Assembly: GCF_036321535.1 (NCBI RefSeq)
Contig: NC_087436.1
Span: 117,244,001-117,308,000 of the forward strand
Direction of reading: 5' to 3'
DNA: 64,000 nt
Source of the DNA: Camelus dromedarius
Lineage: Eukaryota
This document shows, piece after piece, positions 1 to 13,151 of this stretch. Each line of letters begins with the position of its first letter. Position 1 is the stretch's first letter. Below the pieces are notes generated by a model. That model was not told the origin of the DNA. It saw only the letters and a list, made by a program, of their open reading frames with translations, and did not search any database. A program made the translations under genes and the position numbers.

Positions 1-2450
1 ATTGGGGGAAAATGAATCATTAGAGATTTCTGAATCTAGCAGAAATTGCAGAGGTTTTGCAATCAGACCGAATGAAATTTGAGTCCTGGCTCTGAAACTT
101 ACTGTCTTTGTGATGTCACAACACACTCAACCTCTCTGATCTTCGGTTTCCCCCTTTAGGAGCTACTTCTGTCTCTTCAACCTTGACTTTGATGACCTTA
201 TTTCTACTCTTGCTTACTGATTTACACTGACAAGATTGATGCCAGTGCAACAGGCAGAGGTTTCCAACTGTATTTCTGGCGCATTTTCGAAAGAACACTT
301 TATTTTGCCCCTTGCTTTTAATGGGGCATTCTAACAAGATGCTTTTAAAAGTGGATGTTATAAAAGTGTTGAGGACTGATGTTCCATCTCCTTCCCCTTC
401 CACTGGCAGTCTTTTTGTTAGAGAGAAAATATCTTGATATTTCACAATCTGTAAGTTTCCCAGAGTTCTTGTCTCACATTATAGACCCCAACCAATTGTC
501 ATCATTAATTTTCACATCGATCAGCGGGAGAGCACAGTCAGCCTGGAATGAAAGTGATGGGAAAATTACAGGGTTTGTTTTGGGGTTTTTTTTGGTAAAG
601 TATTTTGTTGTTATAAGAAATCAGCATGAGCTCATTAGGATAAATTTGTAAAATACAGAAAATAGAAGCAAAGGATCCATCACCTGTGATCATACCACCC
701 AAGTAAGTTGGGCAAACTCTCCCCTGGTGCTCTCTGTACATAGATGACTGTGCTGACCTTACTCAGTATAATCCTATCTATAGACTAATTTTAATTCTGC
801 TTTTGTCCACATAAACTTATGTCAGAATGATTTTCCATTTTATTATTTATTGTTTGAGTAAATTTTTAATTGAAGTATAACACATGTACAGAAAAGCAGG
901 TAGAGCATCATCCCCTCTGAGTTAACACCAGTTGTGAGAGCGTATCATTCTCCAAAAAGAAGCTATGCAGCAATTTCCGTGACCGTTGTCTGTGGGGCAG
1001 GGTTCTTGAGTGTCTCTACTCGGAGCCCAGACGACAGAGCCACACTGCCTGGAATCCCAGATTTATCCCCTTTGAACTGCGTGACCCCAGGAAGTTATTC
1101 AACAGCTCTGTGACTCGATTCCCCTTTTCTGTAATGACACCATCCCTGCCTCATAGGGACGGAGTGAGAATTAAACAAGTGGACACATGGCACGTGATGT
1201 GACTCAGGGAGGGGTAGCTCTTCTTGTTCTGTTTAGGTAGGGTCCCACTATTTGTCTTTTTTAATAAGGCTATGGTGGATATCCTCCAGGAGAGCAGGAC
1301 TTTACAGGGACTCTCGCAGTCTTTCTGCAGTTGCGGAAACCAAGACCAGAAGAAACGACTTACCCGGGATCACACAGCCAACAGGTCAGAACCTGAGGGA
1401 GTGGGTAGCACTCACATCTAGGACCCTATTGCTCCCCAAGACCCTGAGACTTTATGTGGGATCTCACGAATGTGCACATCACTCCTGAAGGTCTGGTTAC
1501 TGCCCCCATTTGAAAGGGGACCGAACAGAGGGAGTGGTGATGCTTGCAACCTCAGTCCCTCTGATTCCAGAAGCCCCTCCTTCTGGTCCCCATGCTCTAG
1601 CTGGCCGATCACCCTCATTAAAAGCTGACAATGTTTGATGAAGTACCTCTTGCAAGGACTAATCCCAGGAAGGAGGTAAATGACTTCACCCTCCTGGGAG
1701 AGAAAGAGGGGACCTTTCTCAAATCAGAACAGGGAGTCACAGCCTCTGGAGAGTCTGCCCGCTGCTCTCCTCAAGTTTGGATCATGACGGGCCATGGTCA
1801 TTTGGATTATGTGCATTTTAGAGGCATGGGCACCCCCGTGTGGGCCCAGAATGGGAATGACAGCTTCATAGTTCTGGTGGTGGATTCATCCATCCACGCA
1901 TTCACCCATGCCAGGCAGCTATGGGGCACCCATATCATGCTCCTGCTGGGAGGTCACTAGTGAAGTTATCGTGATCTAAGGAAAAGGACCCAGAAACAGA
2001 TGTGTGCCGTGTGTGGGATGGGTTCTCCTGTGAAGGGATCCAAGAGGTCTTCCTGGAGGAGGGGCCCAGGAGGCTGAGTGCTGAAGGGCCAGCGGGAGTT
2101 AGCCAGGTGGAGGGCAGCCTGCCCGTGGCCCTGTGTGCAGCCCCCAGTGTGTGCTTCCTGCTAGTTTACCTTCTTAAGGAGCTGAAAATGCAGAACTGTC
2201 CGTTGAAAACAGTTGTAGAAATAGTAGCATTTACTCCAATCCCTGGAAAACCATGAGGTTAAATTCAGCACGAGGCTGGGAGTCTGGGATGGAACAATGT
2301 TCTGGCAGAGAGACAGTTCAGGCTTTAGTGCCTGGTGGCTCTGAATTCAAATCCTAATCATCCTTTTACCAACTGTGGTTTTGGGAAAAGTGCCCAACAT
2401 CTCTGAAATGATTTGTTCATCTTTAAAATGGATACCTAACCACATCCACC

Positions 2451-2935
2451 TGTGGGAGGCAGAATACTGCCCAAATGTCCATGTCCTAATTGCTAGGAAA
2501 AGAATATGTTACTTGACAGGGCAAAAGAGGCTTTGCGGGCGTGACTGAGTTAAGGGTTGGGGGATGGGGAGGTCATCCTGGATTGTCTGGGTGGGTTCGA
2601 TAGAATTGCAAGGGCCCTTACAAGAGAGGCAGGAGGGTCCGTCAGAGAAGGAGATGTGAAGCCCAAAGCAGAGGTGGTGCAGCTGTTGGCTCTGATGATG
2701 GAGGGCCAGGCCGCAAGCCAAGGAGTGAGGTCAGCCGTGAGAAGCCGGAAAAGGCGGGGGACAGGTCCTCCCTGAGAGCCTCCCGGAGGGACAGAGCCCT
2801 GCCAGCAACCGATCTTTGCTCCACGAGACCTGGTTCAGACTTGTGACCTCGGGAACTGTGAGAGAATAAATGTAGGTTCCAAAAAGCCACAAAGTTGGTG
2901 GTAACTTGTTACAGCAGCCACAGGAAACGGATGCA
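2451..2935 (+). mobile_element. MLT1-family (MLT1D-like) MaLR solo LTR
   Basis: Starts TGTGGGAGGCAGAAT, contains typical 'atcctggatt...ggtggg' and AATAAA...aagccac...ttgttacagcagccacaggaaac 3' end. Confidence 0.75.
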
Positions 2936-4345
2936 CAAGCTTCCAGAACGCGTCATGGAAACGAAACTCAGAGCACGTGGAGGCCCGCTGGATGGTCCTG
3001 GCGGGGTCGAGATTCAGGGCATCCCTTGACCCTTCCAAAGCCTGTGTGACCTTTTTTCCAAATGTCTGCGTGCTGTTTCATCCAGCCCCGGGGGGAAATG
3101 GCCTGCCTGAAAGGACTTTCCAAGTTTTTTTTCTTCTTCTTGAGATTTTGACATTCTCTTCAAATGGCTCCAGGACCTGATAACACTGAGAAAGACATTT
3201 TTGTTCTTTTGATCTGCAATTAATTTTGGCTCCTGGCTTCGCTCATCAGCGGGGGCAGCTGTAAATAATTGCCGCCTTGCAGAAACAGCTGGTTTTCCAA
3301 ATAGCTTCTCAAGGCGCAGCATTGGGTCTCTGATGAGTGAGCATCCGCAGAGTGTCGCTCAGGGCGCAGGACCCAAGGGTCCACTGCCACGTGAGGCGGC
3401 AGCTGGTGAGGCACAAGGCTCATTCCATTGAGAAGCAGGGAGGCTGTCCTCTTTTAAATCAGGGGAGACGGAATTCACATGTCACTCTTACTCTTTAGTC
3501 ATGGCAGGAAATTTCTGCCATCGTCTGAAACAGACTACACCATAGAGACTAAGTAAAACAAACAAATTAACAAACAAACAAAAACTACTGGTTTCCACCA
3601 GTCACTCTGCTTCCCAACAAATTCCACGATTTCACCATCAAAACCTCCCGTGTTCCCTGCTGCATCCCTGGCCACTGGATCCAGCGCACGCTGGAGGAGA
3701 GAGCAGGTGGAGGGGATGATGCAGAACGGCGAGGTGCCCTTGTTGCCGCAAAACCAGCCTCTGTAACCCCAGAAGACGACTGAGACTCGGGGGCAGAGTT
3801 TTGGGAGAATCCAGAAAGAGCAGAACTTTGCTGCTTTGCCAGGGGAAGGGGAGTCATACCAGGCTCATGCCTTAGGGGCTGTGAATCCATCTTGGGGTGG
3901 GGTCTTGAGGTATTTACAGAAAAACTGAACGGAACAGAAAAGGTGGTAACAGTCAGGGCGCTTTGCAGGGTGCTGCTGCAATCCTCTCAGCCTCGGTAAA
4001 TCTTCCTGGCGTCAGGAGGAACTCCAGCGGGTCTGTCTGTCCTTCCGCGATTATAGCCTGTTACCTCCTTCCTGGAGCTTAGCCTCTGCGTTAAAGCTAG
4101 TAATGAATCAGCAAGCAGTTTTAGCCTCAGGGAAGCAAGTTTGTCTGTCTCCTGCTCCTTCACCGCGGCGCTGCGCTCACCAGCTGGGTGCCCTTGGGCC
4201 AGTTATTCAGCCTCTCTGAGCCCCTGTTTTCTCTTAGGGGAAGTGGAGTAAGAGCAAATCTCTCCCTCAGCAGGTATTATCACGAGAATCCTACAGTGAC
4301 TCGCAGCGCTTGGCACAGGGCAGGCACTTAATAAATGTTAACTGT

Positions 4346-4767
4346 TGCTATGGGTTGAATGGTGACCCCTGAAAATCCGTATGTTGACACTCTAGCCCCT
4401 AGTATCTTAGAACATGACCTGACTTGGAAATAGGGTCACCGCAGATGTCATTAGCTAAGATGAGACCCCCCCTGGAGCCCTGATCCAACATGACTGGTGT
4501 CTTTATAAAAAGGGGGAGTTTGGACACAGGCTCACACAGGGAGCACCACGTGAATGCTGACATTAGGCTGCAAAAGCCAAGGAGCTGCGAGAAGCTGGGA
4601 GAGAGGCCTGGGACAGACCCTTCCCCACACCTTCAGAGGGAGACGGCCCTGCCACTGCCTTGATCTTGGACTTGTAGCCTCCAGGCCTTCTGGAGAAGAA
4701 ATTTCTGCTGCTTAAGCCACTCAGTTTGCGATTCGTTATGACAGCAACCCCTGGCAAACGAGCCCAG
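4346..4767 (+). mobile_element. MLT1-family (MLT1B-like) solo LTR
   Basis: TGCTATGGGTTGAAT...ggaaatagggtc...gcagatgt...atttctgctgcttaagccac...gttatgacagcaacc. Confidence 0.75.
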
Positions 4768-7574
4768 TCATTGTTGGTTATTAGCATTCCTGAAGAGAAC
4801 CAAACGTATGTTACAGAAAGACGTGAGCATGCCCTGCTGCCTCCTAAAATCCTGGGAGATGAAACGGAGCCAGAGCGTCATTCTTTCAACATTCAGCAGG
4901 TGCCAGGTGGGCCCCTGCCCTGTGCCAGGCATGGCCCAGGTTCGCAGGATGCACCAGTGGCTGAAAGAGACACAGGTCCTTGCCCAGGAGGAGGCGAGCT
5001 CCCAGCGGGGGGACCAACCAAAACAATGGCACGAGCTAGCGGGCACCTGCAGGGTGGTTAGAAGGTGTGGGAGGCTGTGAGGACAGTAGAGCAGAGCAGC
5101 GGGATGGAGAGGTGGGGCGGGTTGCTGTATTAAATACCATGGTCGGGATCCAGGGATGAGGGAGCTGTCTGTCACCCAGACACCTGGGGAAGAACGTTCC
5201 AGGCAGAGGGAGTAGCCAGAAGGAAGGCTTGCATCAGTCAGACCCCAGCAGGAGTCGGCCCAGTGACCGGAGGGGTCAGAGGACAGACGAACTCGGGGTT
5301 GGCGGGTCTGTAGGGTGGGTGGGCTACGCATCAGGAGCCGTGACCTTCAGTAGAGGGACACAGCCAACCAACCTTCACCTGTAGGAAGGGGACCGGGGGA
5401 CCATCCCCAGGTTCCCTTCCCTCCTTCTGATTTCTTACTGCTGCCTTGTTGGCGGACACCCTCTGGAGGCAGCGGGCGAGGGGGCCTGTTGATCTGGTCC
5501 TGTGGATCCTTATCCAGGACACAGGGCATCTGGAGAGGCAGACGGTGTCTAGAAGAGGCTTTACATGGGAGTAGGAACACGCCTGCAGGTTTGAAGGATG
5601 GCAGGGGGGCTGGGGATCTGGAGGGGCTCAACCCAGGGGATCAAAAGCAGAATGCCATGTTGCGTTAGGAAAGGATCCCTCCGGCCACTGTAAAGAAGTA
5701 GGTGTAGGGGAGGGGTGTGGGAAGGACGGAAGCGGGGAGACTGTTAGGAGGCTTGAAAAGAGGCTGCTTTGCCCAGTGAATCATCAGACTGAACACGCTC
5801 TAAAGCTGGCACCAAAACTGAGTTCAGTTCATCCTCCTCTGCGGAGGAAACCCTTCCACCGCTGAACGACGACTCTGCGGCATTTCTATGGGTCACAACG
5901 TGGCAGGAAGAAACTTCCCCCCCACAGCCTCCACTGAGAGATTAAGTCCCCAGTTTATCGAACAAAGGTTACAGGAACTTAGCAGAGGTGGGTGCCACAG
6001 CAAACAAAAGCAGAACCAGAGTTCTCCCTTGGCCCCCAAACTCCCTGGAAGGCGTGGTGGCTGTCAGAGGCTCCATCCAACCAGGCAACACCCACCAGAG
6101 CTGAGGAACTAAAATTCAGGCTGAGCAGCTTTTTGGATCCTGCGCTCACATCATCATTCAAGAAGCACTCAGGCCATCTGTGGCCTCGGTGGGAAGTCTG
6201 CATGTGGGCATGGGGACTCTCCTGGTTCTGAGGGCTCCTCCTCACGGGAGGGGGGTTAGAAGGGGAGTGAGGAAGAGGGCGTGCAGAGTCAGGACAGGCA
6301 GTTTCTCCCTGGGAGCCATCTCCCCGCTGTCACTGCTCCCACCCACTCCCAACACTGATAATAGCTTCCGTCAGGTGGTTCTGTTTCTGAGTTTGGCCAA
6401 GGACATTCCCTGACTCCCAGGATATGTGCCTGATGATTCATTTTTCCACCAAACATCTTCTGATCTCCTCCCGATCTCTCCGGTAGCCTCCTTCGGCTCC
6501 CCTGTGTCTGGGCTGCCCTACAGCTTCCTGCATCAAAGGAAGGTGGAGACATGCCTCGGGGCTCCAGGCTCCTGATGTGAGCACACTGATTCTGAAGCCA
6601 GCTGGCCACTCAGTGTCTCTTTCTCAATTCCTATTCATTAAGGACCAATTTTTTTCCATTTGCCCAGAGTTGAGAACAGTTTAAACTATGATCATAAGCC
6701 TCTCAAGGTCTACCTTTTCCTTTCTCGAGATGGGCAGGAGGGTGAGATGTGTTCCCCTTAGAAGTTACGGCAGCTCTGGCCTCAAGCCACTTCTCAAGTG
6801 ACTGGAAAGGAAAAGATTCTCCCAGGACTTGGGAACCTGGAGGGGCCTGGTCTGCGGGCCGCCTCTCCTGCTCTCCCCGTGGGCTTCAGTCCATGTCTGA
6901 CTGTGCCCTTTGGTTGAAATGTCTCAAGACCATTTTAATCTATTATACTTGGGGATCACAGACCACCCTGGAATAACAATCATTTAAACAGTTACTTTTT
7001 TCATTCTTCAACCTTTGACCCAAACAGATACACATGTCTCACACACATTCATCTTTTAAACAGAAATTTCCAAACAAAGTTTATGTTTCAGTGAATTATT
7101 TTCAGCTTTCACTTTAGAGAGAGCCTGTTCCAAGTCGAAAATGACTTCTGAGACCCCGTCTTCTGAACACAGACTGAAAAACTCCATTAACTGGCAGATA
7201 ACCACAGCTTTCCATGGCCTCTGCTTCTTTTCAGACCGAGATTTGTGAAAGCAAAGATGAGCGCTGGCATATTTAAAACAGAAGCACTAGGCGTTCAGAG
7301 TAACACTGAAGCTTGACGGTTTCCTCAGGCACTCTGCCTTGGTGGCAGAGCTGAGCTGGTGATAATGAAGCCATTCCCTGTTCCTTTCCCCCATCCTTCC
7401 ATAACTGAAGCTTTAGCAATAATCCAGTTTCTGCCTGGGGCGTCACTCACTGCTGGTGCGGCAAGAGCTCCTCAGGGATCCCGCCAGCCCCAAAGTGTCA
7501 GGGTCAAGGGCAACCATTTGGGATACGTGGGGGCTGTCCCCAGCCTGGGAGGCATCTTGCTCCAGTGTTCCGAC

Positions 7575-7577
<3 letters not shown>

Positions 7578-7636
<59 letters not shown>
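7578..7636. repeat. (TG)n microsatellite
   Basis: Uninterrupted TG dinucleotide run. Confidence 0.97.
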
Positions 7637-7637
<1 letters not shown>

Positions 7638-8405
7638 CACAGTAGGTTTGAAGAAATGGCGATGGTAGTTATCCCACCGTATTTCTGCAAACCTCGTCTG
7701 CCCTGCTCTGCACGCGTTCTGCTAGGCGAGGGGCCGGCCCATAATTGCAGAAGCACACAGTGCATAGTTGCTTAACTGAGTGAGACTCGGTTAAAGCCAT
7801 TGGAGGAAAGAAGCATCCGCTAACTAGACGGAGCGCTCTGCCTCTGGCTGGGGTCCACGCCCTCTGCCCCAAGCAGTCAGCTCGGATGTTCTGAGGGAGG
7901 CTGAGCTCCCACCAGCAGCACCTTCTTTTTCTGGAGCCCTGCACACTGTCAGCCCATGTGGCCCGTGTGCTCATGAGCAGCAAATCAAGCCAGGTGAAGG
8001 CTGAGTTCAGCGGGAACCAGCAGAATCAGAAAAAGGCCGGCCTGGAATAGGACAGAATGAAAGGGTAACTTCCATGATCTTGTAGAGGAAGGAGCTCTCC
8101 CAGGACCCCGCCATCCCTAAGATGTCAGGGATTCTGCCAAGTGCTGAGCAAGTCAGACACTTTATGCTCAGCTGTATACACAGAATGCAACATAGACAGA
8201 GATCGACCTATAAAATTCACAAGAAGTGATGTATGTAAAAGACTTTAAAGGCACATTAAGTCAAATTTGGAGGCTTAGATTGAGTCATATTTGAAATACA
8301 TGAAATACATGTTTTCCTCCCTCCATCCCTTTCTTCTTTCTTCATGTGTTTAATCATTTAACAGACAAGGAGCCAAGCCCTGCTCTCCATCAGACTTGTG
8401 CTGCC

Positions 8406-8851
8406 TGTATTGGTTTGCTAGCGGTGCATAACAAAGTATCACAAACGAGCAGCTTCAACACAGAAATTTATCGTCTTGCATTCTGGAGGTCAGAAGCTGG
8501 AAACCATGTGTTGGAGGGTAGATTCCTTCTAAGGCTGAGGAAGACTCTGTTCTAGGCTTCTGCCCTAGCACCTGGAGATTTGCTGACAATCCTTGGCATT
8601 CCTTGTAGAAGCATCACCTGACCTCTGCCTTCATGTTCACATGGTGTTCTCCCTGTGTGCGTGTCTGTGTCCGCATTTCCCCCTCTTTATAAGGATACCA
8701 GTCATCCTGGATTAGGGCCTACCCTAGTGACCTCATTTCAACTTGATTACTTCTGTAAAGATCCTATTTCCAAATAAAGTCACATTTTGATGTACCAGGG
8801 ATTAGGACTTCAACCTGTCTTTTTTGGAGAGGACACATTTCGACTCATAAC
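8406..8851 (-). mobile_element. MLT1-family (MLT1C-like) solo LTR
   Basis: tgtattggtttgctag...cagaaatttat...ttctggagg...ggattagggcctaccc...cctatttccaaataa...cataaca, the reverse complement of an MLT1 LTR. Confidence 0.78.
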
Positions 8852-8859
8852 ATTCCCCA

Positions 8860-9270
8860 AGGGCATAAGAGCCCAAACTGGAAACAGCCCAAGTCTCCAT
8901 CAACCGATGAGTGGAGAAATAAATGTGGTATATCCAGTCAATGAAATACTACTGAGCACTAAAAAGGAATCAACTATTGATACATATACAACACGGATGA
9001 ATCTCAAAAGCATTTCAATAACCAGTGTGGAACTCTCATCTGATCTAGACTAATCTAGACTAATCTAGACTGATGAAAAGCATATTAGTGGTTGCCTGGG
9101 GCCAGGGGAGGGCACACAAAGGAACTTTGAAATGACAGAAATGTTCTGTATTTTGATGTGGCCAGGGTTTTATGGGTGTATAAATCTGTCAAAACATACC
9201 AAACTGTACGATGATTAAAATGGGTACATTTTTACTGAATCTAACTACATATCCATCAATGAAGTTGATT
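8860..9270 (+). mobile_element. Ancient L1 (L1M-type) 3' fragment
   Basis: aactggaaacagcccaa...ccatcaac...ggatgaatctcaaaagcat...gtggttgcctgggg...aatgttctgtattttgat, typical of old L1 3' ends. Confidence 0.7.
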
Positions 9271-11665
9271 TTAAAATACCATTATTATTCCACATTTGGT
9301 CCTAGCACTGTGGGGTGGGCAGAAGGTGCATGTACATGGCTGCTGAATGACCCTGGCTCAGGAGTCCCCAGAGGAACTTTCTTGGGAGCATCAGGAGACA
9401 GACAGGTCATCCCCAGCTAACGCCAGTAACCTTCAGAGGCTGCTGTTGACGTTGAGTTAATGTCTTCTCTAATGATTTCAATGTTGAGTGGAAATACCAT
9501 GTTTACTGTAATGCCTTTCGATGGACTGCGCTTCAGTGCTATTTAAAGGAGGAAGAAAGGAGCCCTGCAAACTTGACCTTCCATCCACTAGGATGGAGAG
9601 GGTTGTTTCCATCTCTTCTTCCTCTTTCACAGCCATTTCCTTGGCGTCTTCCTAGACCACATTTACAGAGTGTTTCCAAATCAAGGACAATATTTCCAGC
9701 TTTACTTTGGCTCACATTACTGGTTCACGCAGAGGCTTCAGTGACACGAAACGGCCAAATTCCTGCCCCCAACCAAGTACTCAAATGCTGGCATCATGGT
9801 GTGAGACAGTGATTATCAACTGGTTTGTGTTTGGGGTACACTTTCTGACTCTGAAATTGATGGTGGTGCCTTTGAAGAAACTAAAACAAACAAACAAAAA
9901 AACCCCGAAACAATGAAAAATACTAAAAACACTGAAGTCAGTAACAAGTTCAATGTGACAGTGCAGCACACGTCAATCTCAGTGTAGCAGCCTCGGTGCT
10001 CAGTGTCTCCCGATGGCTGGTGCAGTTGTCTTGGTAATTTCTCCAGTCATTTTAGTGCCCTGTCACTGGGGACACTAGCCAAAGCCCCCAAGATGCTTAT
10101 GAGGTGAAGCCCCCACACGGTCCAGTTATGAGTGGCCATGGCCTCCAGTGCCAGTGTAACTTTAGACTCTTAGACCTTTAACCATAAGAATGGCTCTGAC
10201 ATCCTTAATTGTAGCAAAAACACATTCTATGCAGTGATGAAAATTTGCCAGTGTGAGTATTGGAAATCATTGAAGACCAGGAAAAAGTAAAGATTTGTGA
10301 CTCAGGAGCTAGGGATTTGCATCTCCAAGTTTTAGCTAGTCTTTTTTTTTTTAAGCAAAAATGTTGTATAAAAGATTTGGAAAAGACTGAAAAATAACAA
10401 GTGAACTAAGAAGCCAATGTTATCCCCCAAGCGGAGGTAGCCGTTATAAACTATTTTTGTTTATATTTTTCTAGAGTGTGTTAGTTTCACATAACTGTAA
10501 TTTATAGAACTGTATATAAGTTGGTATACCTTTATGCCCAGCTCTTTTCACTTAAAATCATATCCTGAGGATTTTTCTATATTATTTTAAGTTCTTTTAA
10601 AAATATGAATTCCTACGTAATTATCATCTGGATATTCCAGTGTTTATTTAAGCAATTCACTTATTGATGGACCTCTTGATGGTCGTGTGATGGTCCCTGA
10701 GTTACTTCATCCCTCTGATCCTCAGCGTCCTCTTTCTGTGAAATTGCGGCAGGAGGAAAGAGGAGAGGATGGCACTGGACATAATCAGAAGATTTATTTG
10801 TGTTTTGAACACAGCCTCTTATTAACCCTCCCCACCCTGCAGACAGCCTTGTTGGAGGGTACTTGGTCCTTCTGTCACAGATAAAGGCCCTGAAGCTCTG
10901 GGAGGGGGAGTCGTGCACCGGAGTCCACACAGCTGGAAAGCGGCAGACCCAGGATATGAGCCCCAGGCTGCCTGTCTCTGAAACTTCCATCAGGATGTTT
11001 TTGGGCCGTTGGCATTTGAAGGAGCTCAGTGAAGAGTCTGTGCTTACCCGCCTGAGATGGAAACACAGGGACAGCTGAACGGAGGCTGGTGACAGCCCTA
11101 CAGCTGCGGGAAGCTGGGTTGGGGACATGGTTTCAGGGGCTGCAGTCACCTGGGGTTACGGATCTCACACTCCAGAATGAAGCTGACCTGCCCGGGCACA
11201 GGCAGAGTGAAAAACAGCGGAGCCTTCTCTGCCCACTCCCACCCCCGGACCTCTGCCCTGGGAGTTGCCCCTAGAGCACCCACGACACGACACGACACGG
11301 AGGGATGGAGAATGCTTGCCTCCCGCCCACTGGAGCCAAAGGTGGGGGAAGGGCTGGGAACCACATACGTTCTGTAGCTTTTCCAGACTCCCAGCAGATA
11401 AGCCCACCGTCCCCAATGAGGAAGATTAGGGGAAATGTGAGTGTGTGGACACAGCCAGTGCCCATGATCTGTCACTTTATCCTCCCTGCCTTTCCTCCTT
11501 TCTCAAAGAGATGTTTCCTCCTGGTTGTGGCAGCGGAGGAAGTGGCCAAGAGTCTCCAGCTGAGAGCCCTTTAGCCATGACCCCAGTGTGGTTCCCAGCA
11601 CCATGGTCCCCTTCGCTTGCTGCCAAAAGTGGAGTCATAACTGTCTCTCTCTGACCCTGACCTAG

Positions 11666-11764
11666 GGCTTGGCCATCGAGCACGTGGGACGGAGACCCCT
11701 CCTCATTGGTGGCTTTGGGCTGATGACGCTCTTTGGGATCCTCACCATCACACTGACGCTGCAG
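11666..11764 (+). pseudogene. SLC2A9: SLC2A9 exon (human exon 9 equivalent), 99 bp
   Basis: cctag|GGC TTG GCC ATC GAG...CTG CAG|gtgagg. It encodes the sugar-porter GRR motif ([10 protein letters not shown]). It has 33 codons versus the 34 I recall for human (LFFG -> LFG). Confidence 0.93.
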
Positions 11765-12193
11765 GTGAGGACACGTGTCTGTCACTCCCCAAGCGAGGTC
11801 TGTGTGGGCCTGGCTTCAGCCCCAGTGCTTTTAGGCCTTTGGCCTGGGGAGTCCCCCAAAGAGCCTGGCCCCTTCCTCCTCCCAGGGTTCCCTCCTCAAC
11901 TGGCTTCTCTTGCTTTTCTGACTCAGGAAGCCCTTCTGCCTCTTGGATACCTCCTCCTCCAGGAAGGCTTCCCTCACCCCACATCTGAGGGAGACACCCT
12001 CCTCTGTGTTCCCAGGGACCCCAGAGGCAATTCTGCAACCTCATCACATAGCAGTGGCTTTCACTGTTGACACATCTCTCTCTCCCGATGGACAGTGAGT
12101 TGTGGGGGTGAGGACCATGCCTCTATCATTTCCACATTCCCACCTCCCAGCCCAGTGCATGGTGCCCAGGAGGAACTTGGAACGATCTGCAAA

Positions 12194-12295
12194 TGGATGG
12201 CTGGATGGGTGGATGGATGGATGTGTGGGTGGATGGATGGATGGATGGATTGACCAACGGATGGGTGGATGGGTGGATGGATAGGTGGATGAATG
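12194..12295. repeat. Imperfect (GGAT)n microsatellite
   Basis: tggatggctggatgggtggatggatgg... directly visible. Confidence 0.9.
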
Positions 12296-12914
12296 ACCTA
12301 GCAGAGAGCCATACAAGAGCTTGCAAGGCTCCTCCCAACCCTAGACCCCCCTGCAGCAGGAGCTGGAGGACTTGGCACGGAGGGGCCTCCCTCTCCCCCC
12401 GCCCTCTGTTCTGGACGTTTGCCGCTTACCCCTACCTGTCTCTCTTGTGCTTCCATGCCCTTGCCCACGCAGAACCCTCTCCGGGAACTCCTTTCCTTTC
12501 CTTTTCCCCCGGCTGACTTCAGCTCAGCCTTCGAGGTGAGCACAGACTCCTCCCACCCTGAGTCTCTCCAGACTGGGCTCAGGTGCCCCAGCACCTGTTC
12601 CCACACTCATCATGTCCCAGCGCCAGTGACACCATGTTCTCATCAACCATCCGGTCTGCTAGAGCGGCGGCAATTTCCTAAACGTCCTTCCACACCCAGC
12701 GTGAAGCCACCCCCACGTGCTAGACAAGTGACAGCCCCTCCAGGCACATTTAATGACAGGAGTTAAGTCATCTTACACCTCGTCAGGACAGCAGGTGTAG
12801 AAATACAGTGTTTTACATAATAATAGGGATTGACTAAGAGCATTTTTGAAATGTGATATTGCCTGTAAAAATGTCTCATATTGCCTGCTTCCATCTAAGC
12901 CCTCAATACATGTT

Positions 12915-13110
12915 AGTTATTCATTTATTGACCACCTACTGTGTGCCAGGACTGTGCTAACCTCTTCAAAGGCAACATCCCATTTCACTCCCTCATCTGT
13001 AAAATCGGCGATGGGATAGCTTAGGGGTCATCCTTGTCCCAATTTTACAGACGCTGAAACTGGGGCTCAGAGATAGAAAGTGACCTGCCCCAGGTCACAC
13101 AGCTGGATCG
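12915..13110 (-). mobile_element. MIR SINE fragment just upstream of the 76-bp exon
   Basis: atttattgac...tactgtgtgccagg...attttacaga...gaaactggggctcagaga...aagtgacctgccccaggtcacacagct, the MIR core. Confidence 0.7.
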
Positions 13111-13151
13111 AGGAGGAGCTCCTTCCCTGCCCAACGGCTGCTCTCTCGCAG

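Noticed and set aside
1..11665. Upstream SLC2A9 exon (IWFYTNSIF...)
   Set aside because: No matching sequence was found by eye. It probably lies upstream of the window, so no loss is claimed.
11669..12070. 133-aa ORF as a standalone gene
   Set aside because: Only the first 32 codons are GLUT9-like. Similarity ends at the GT donor at 11765 and the rest is intron read-through.
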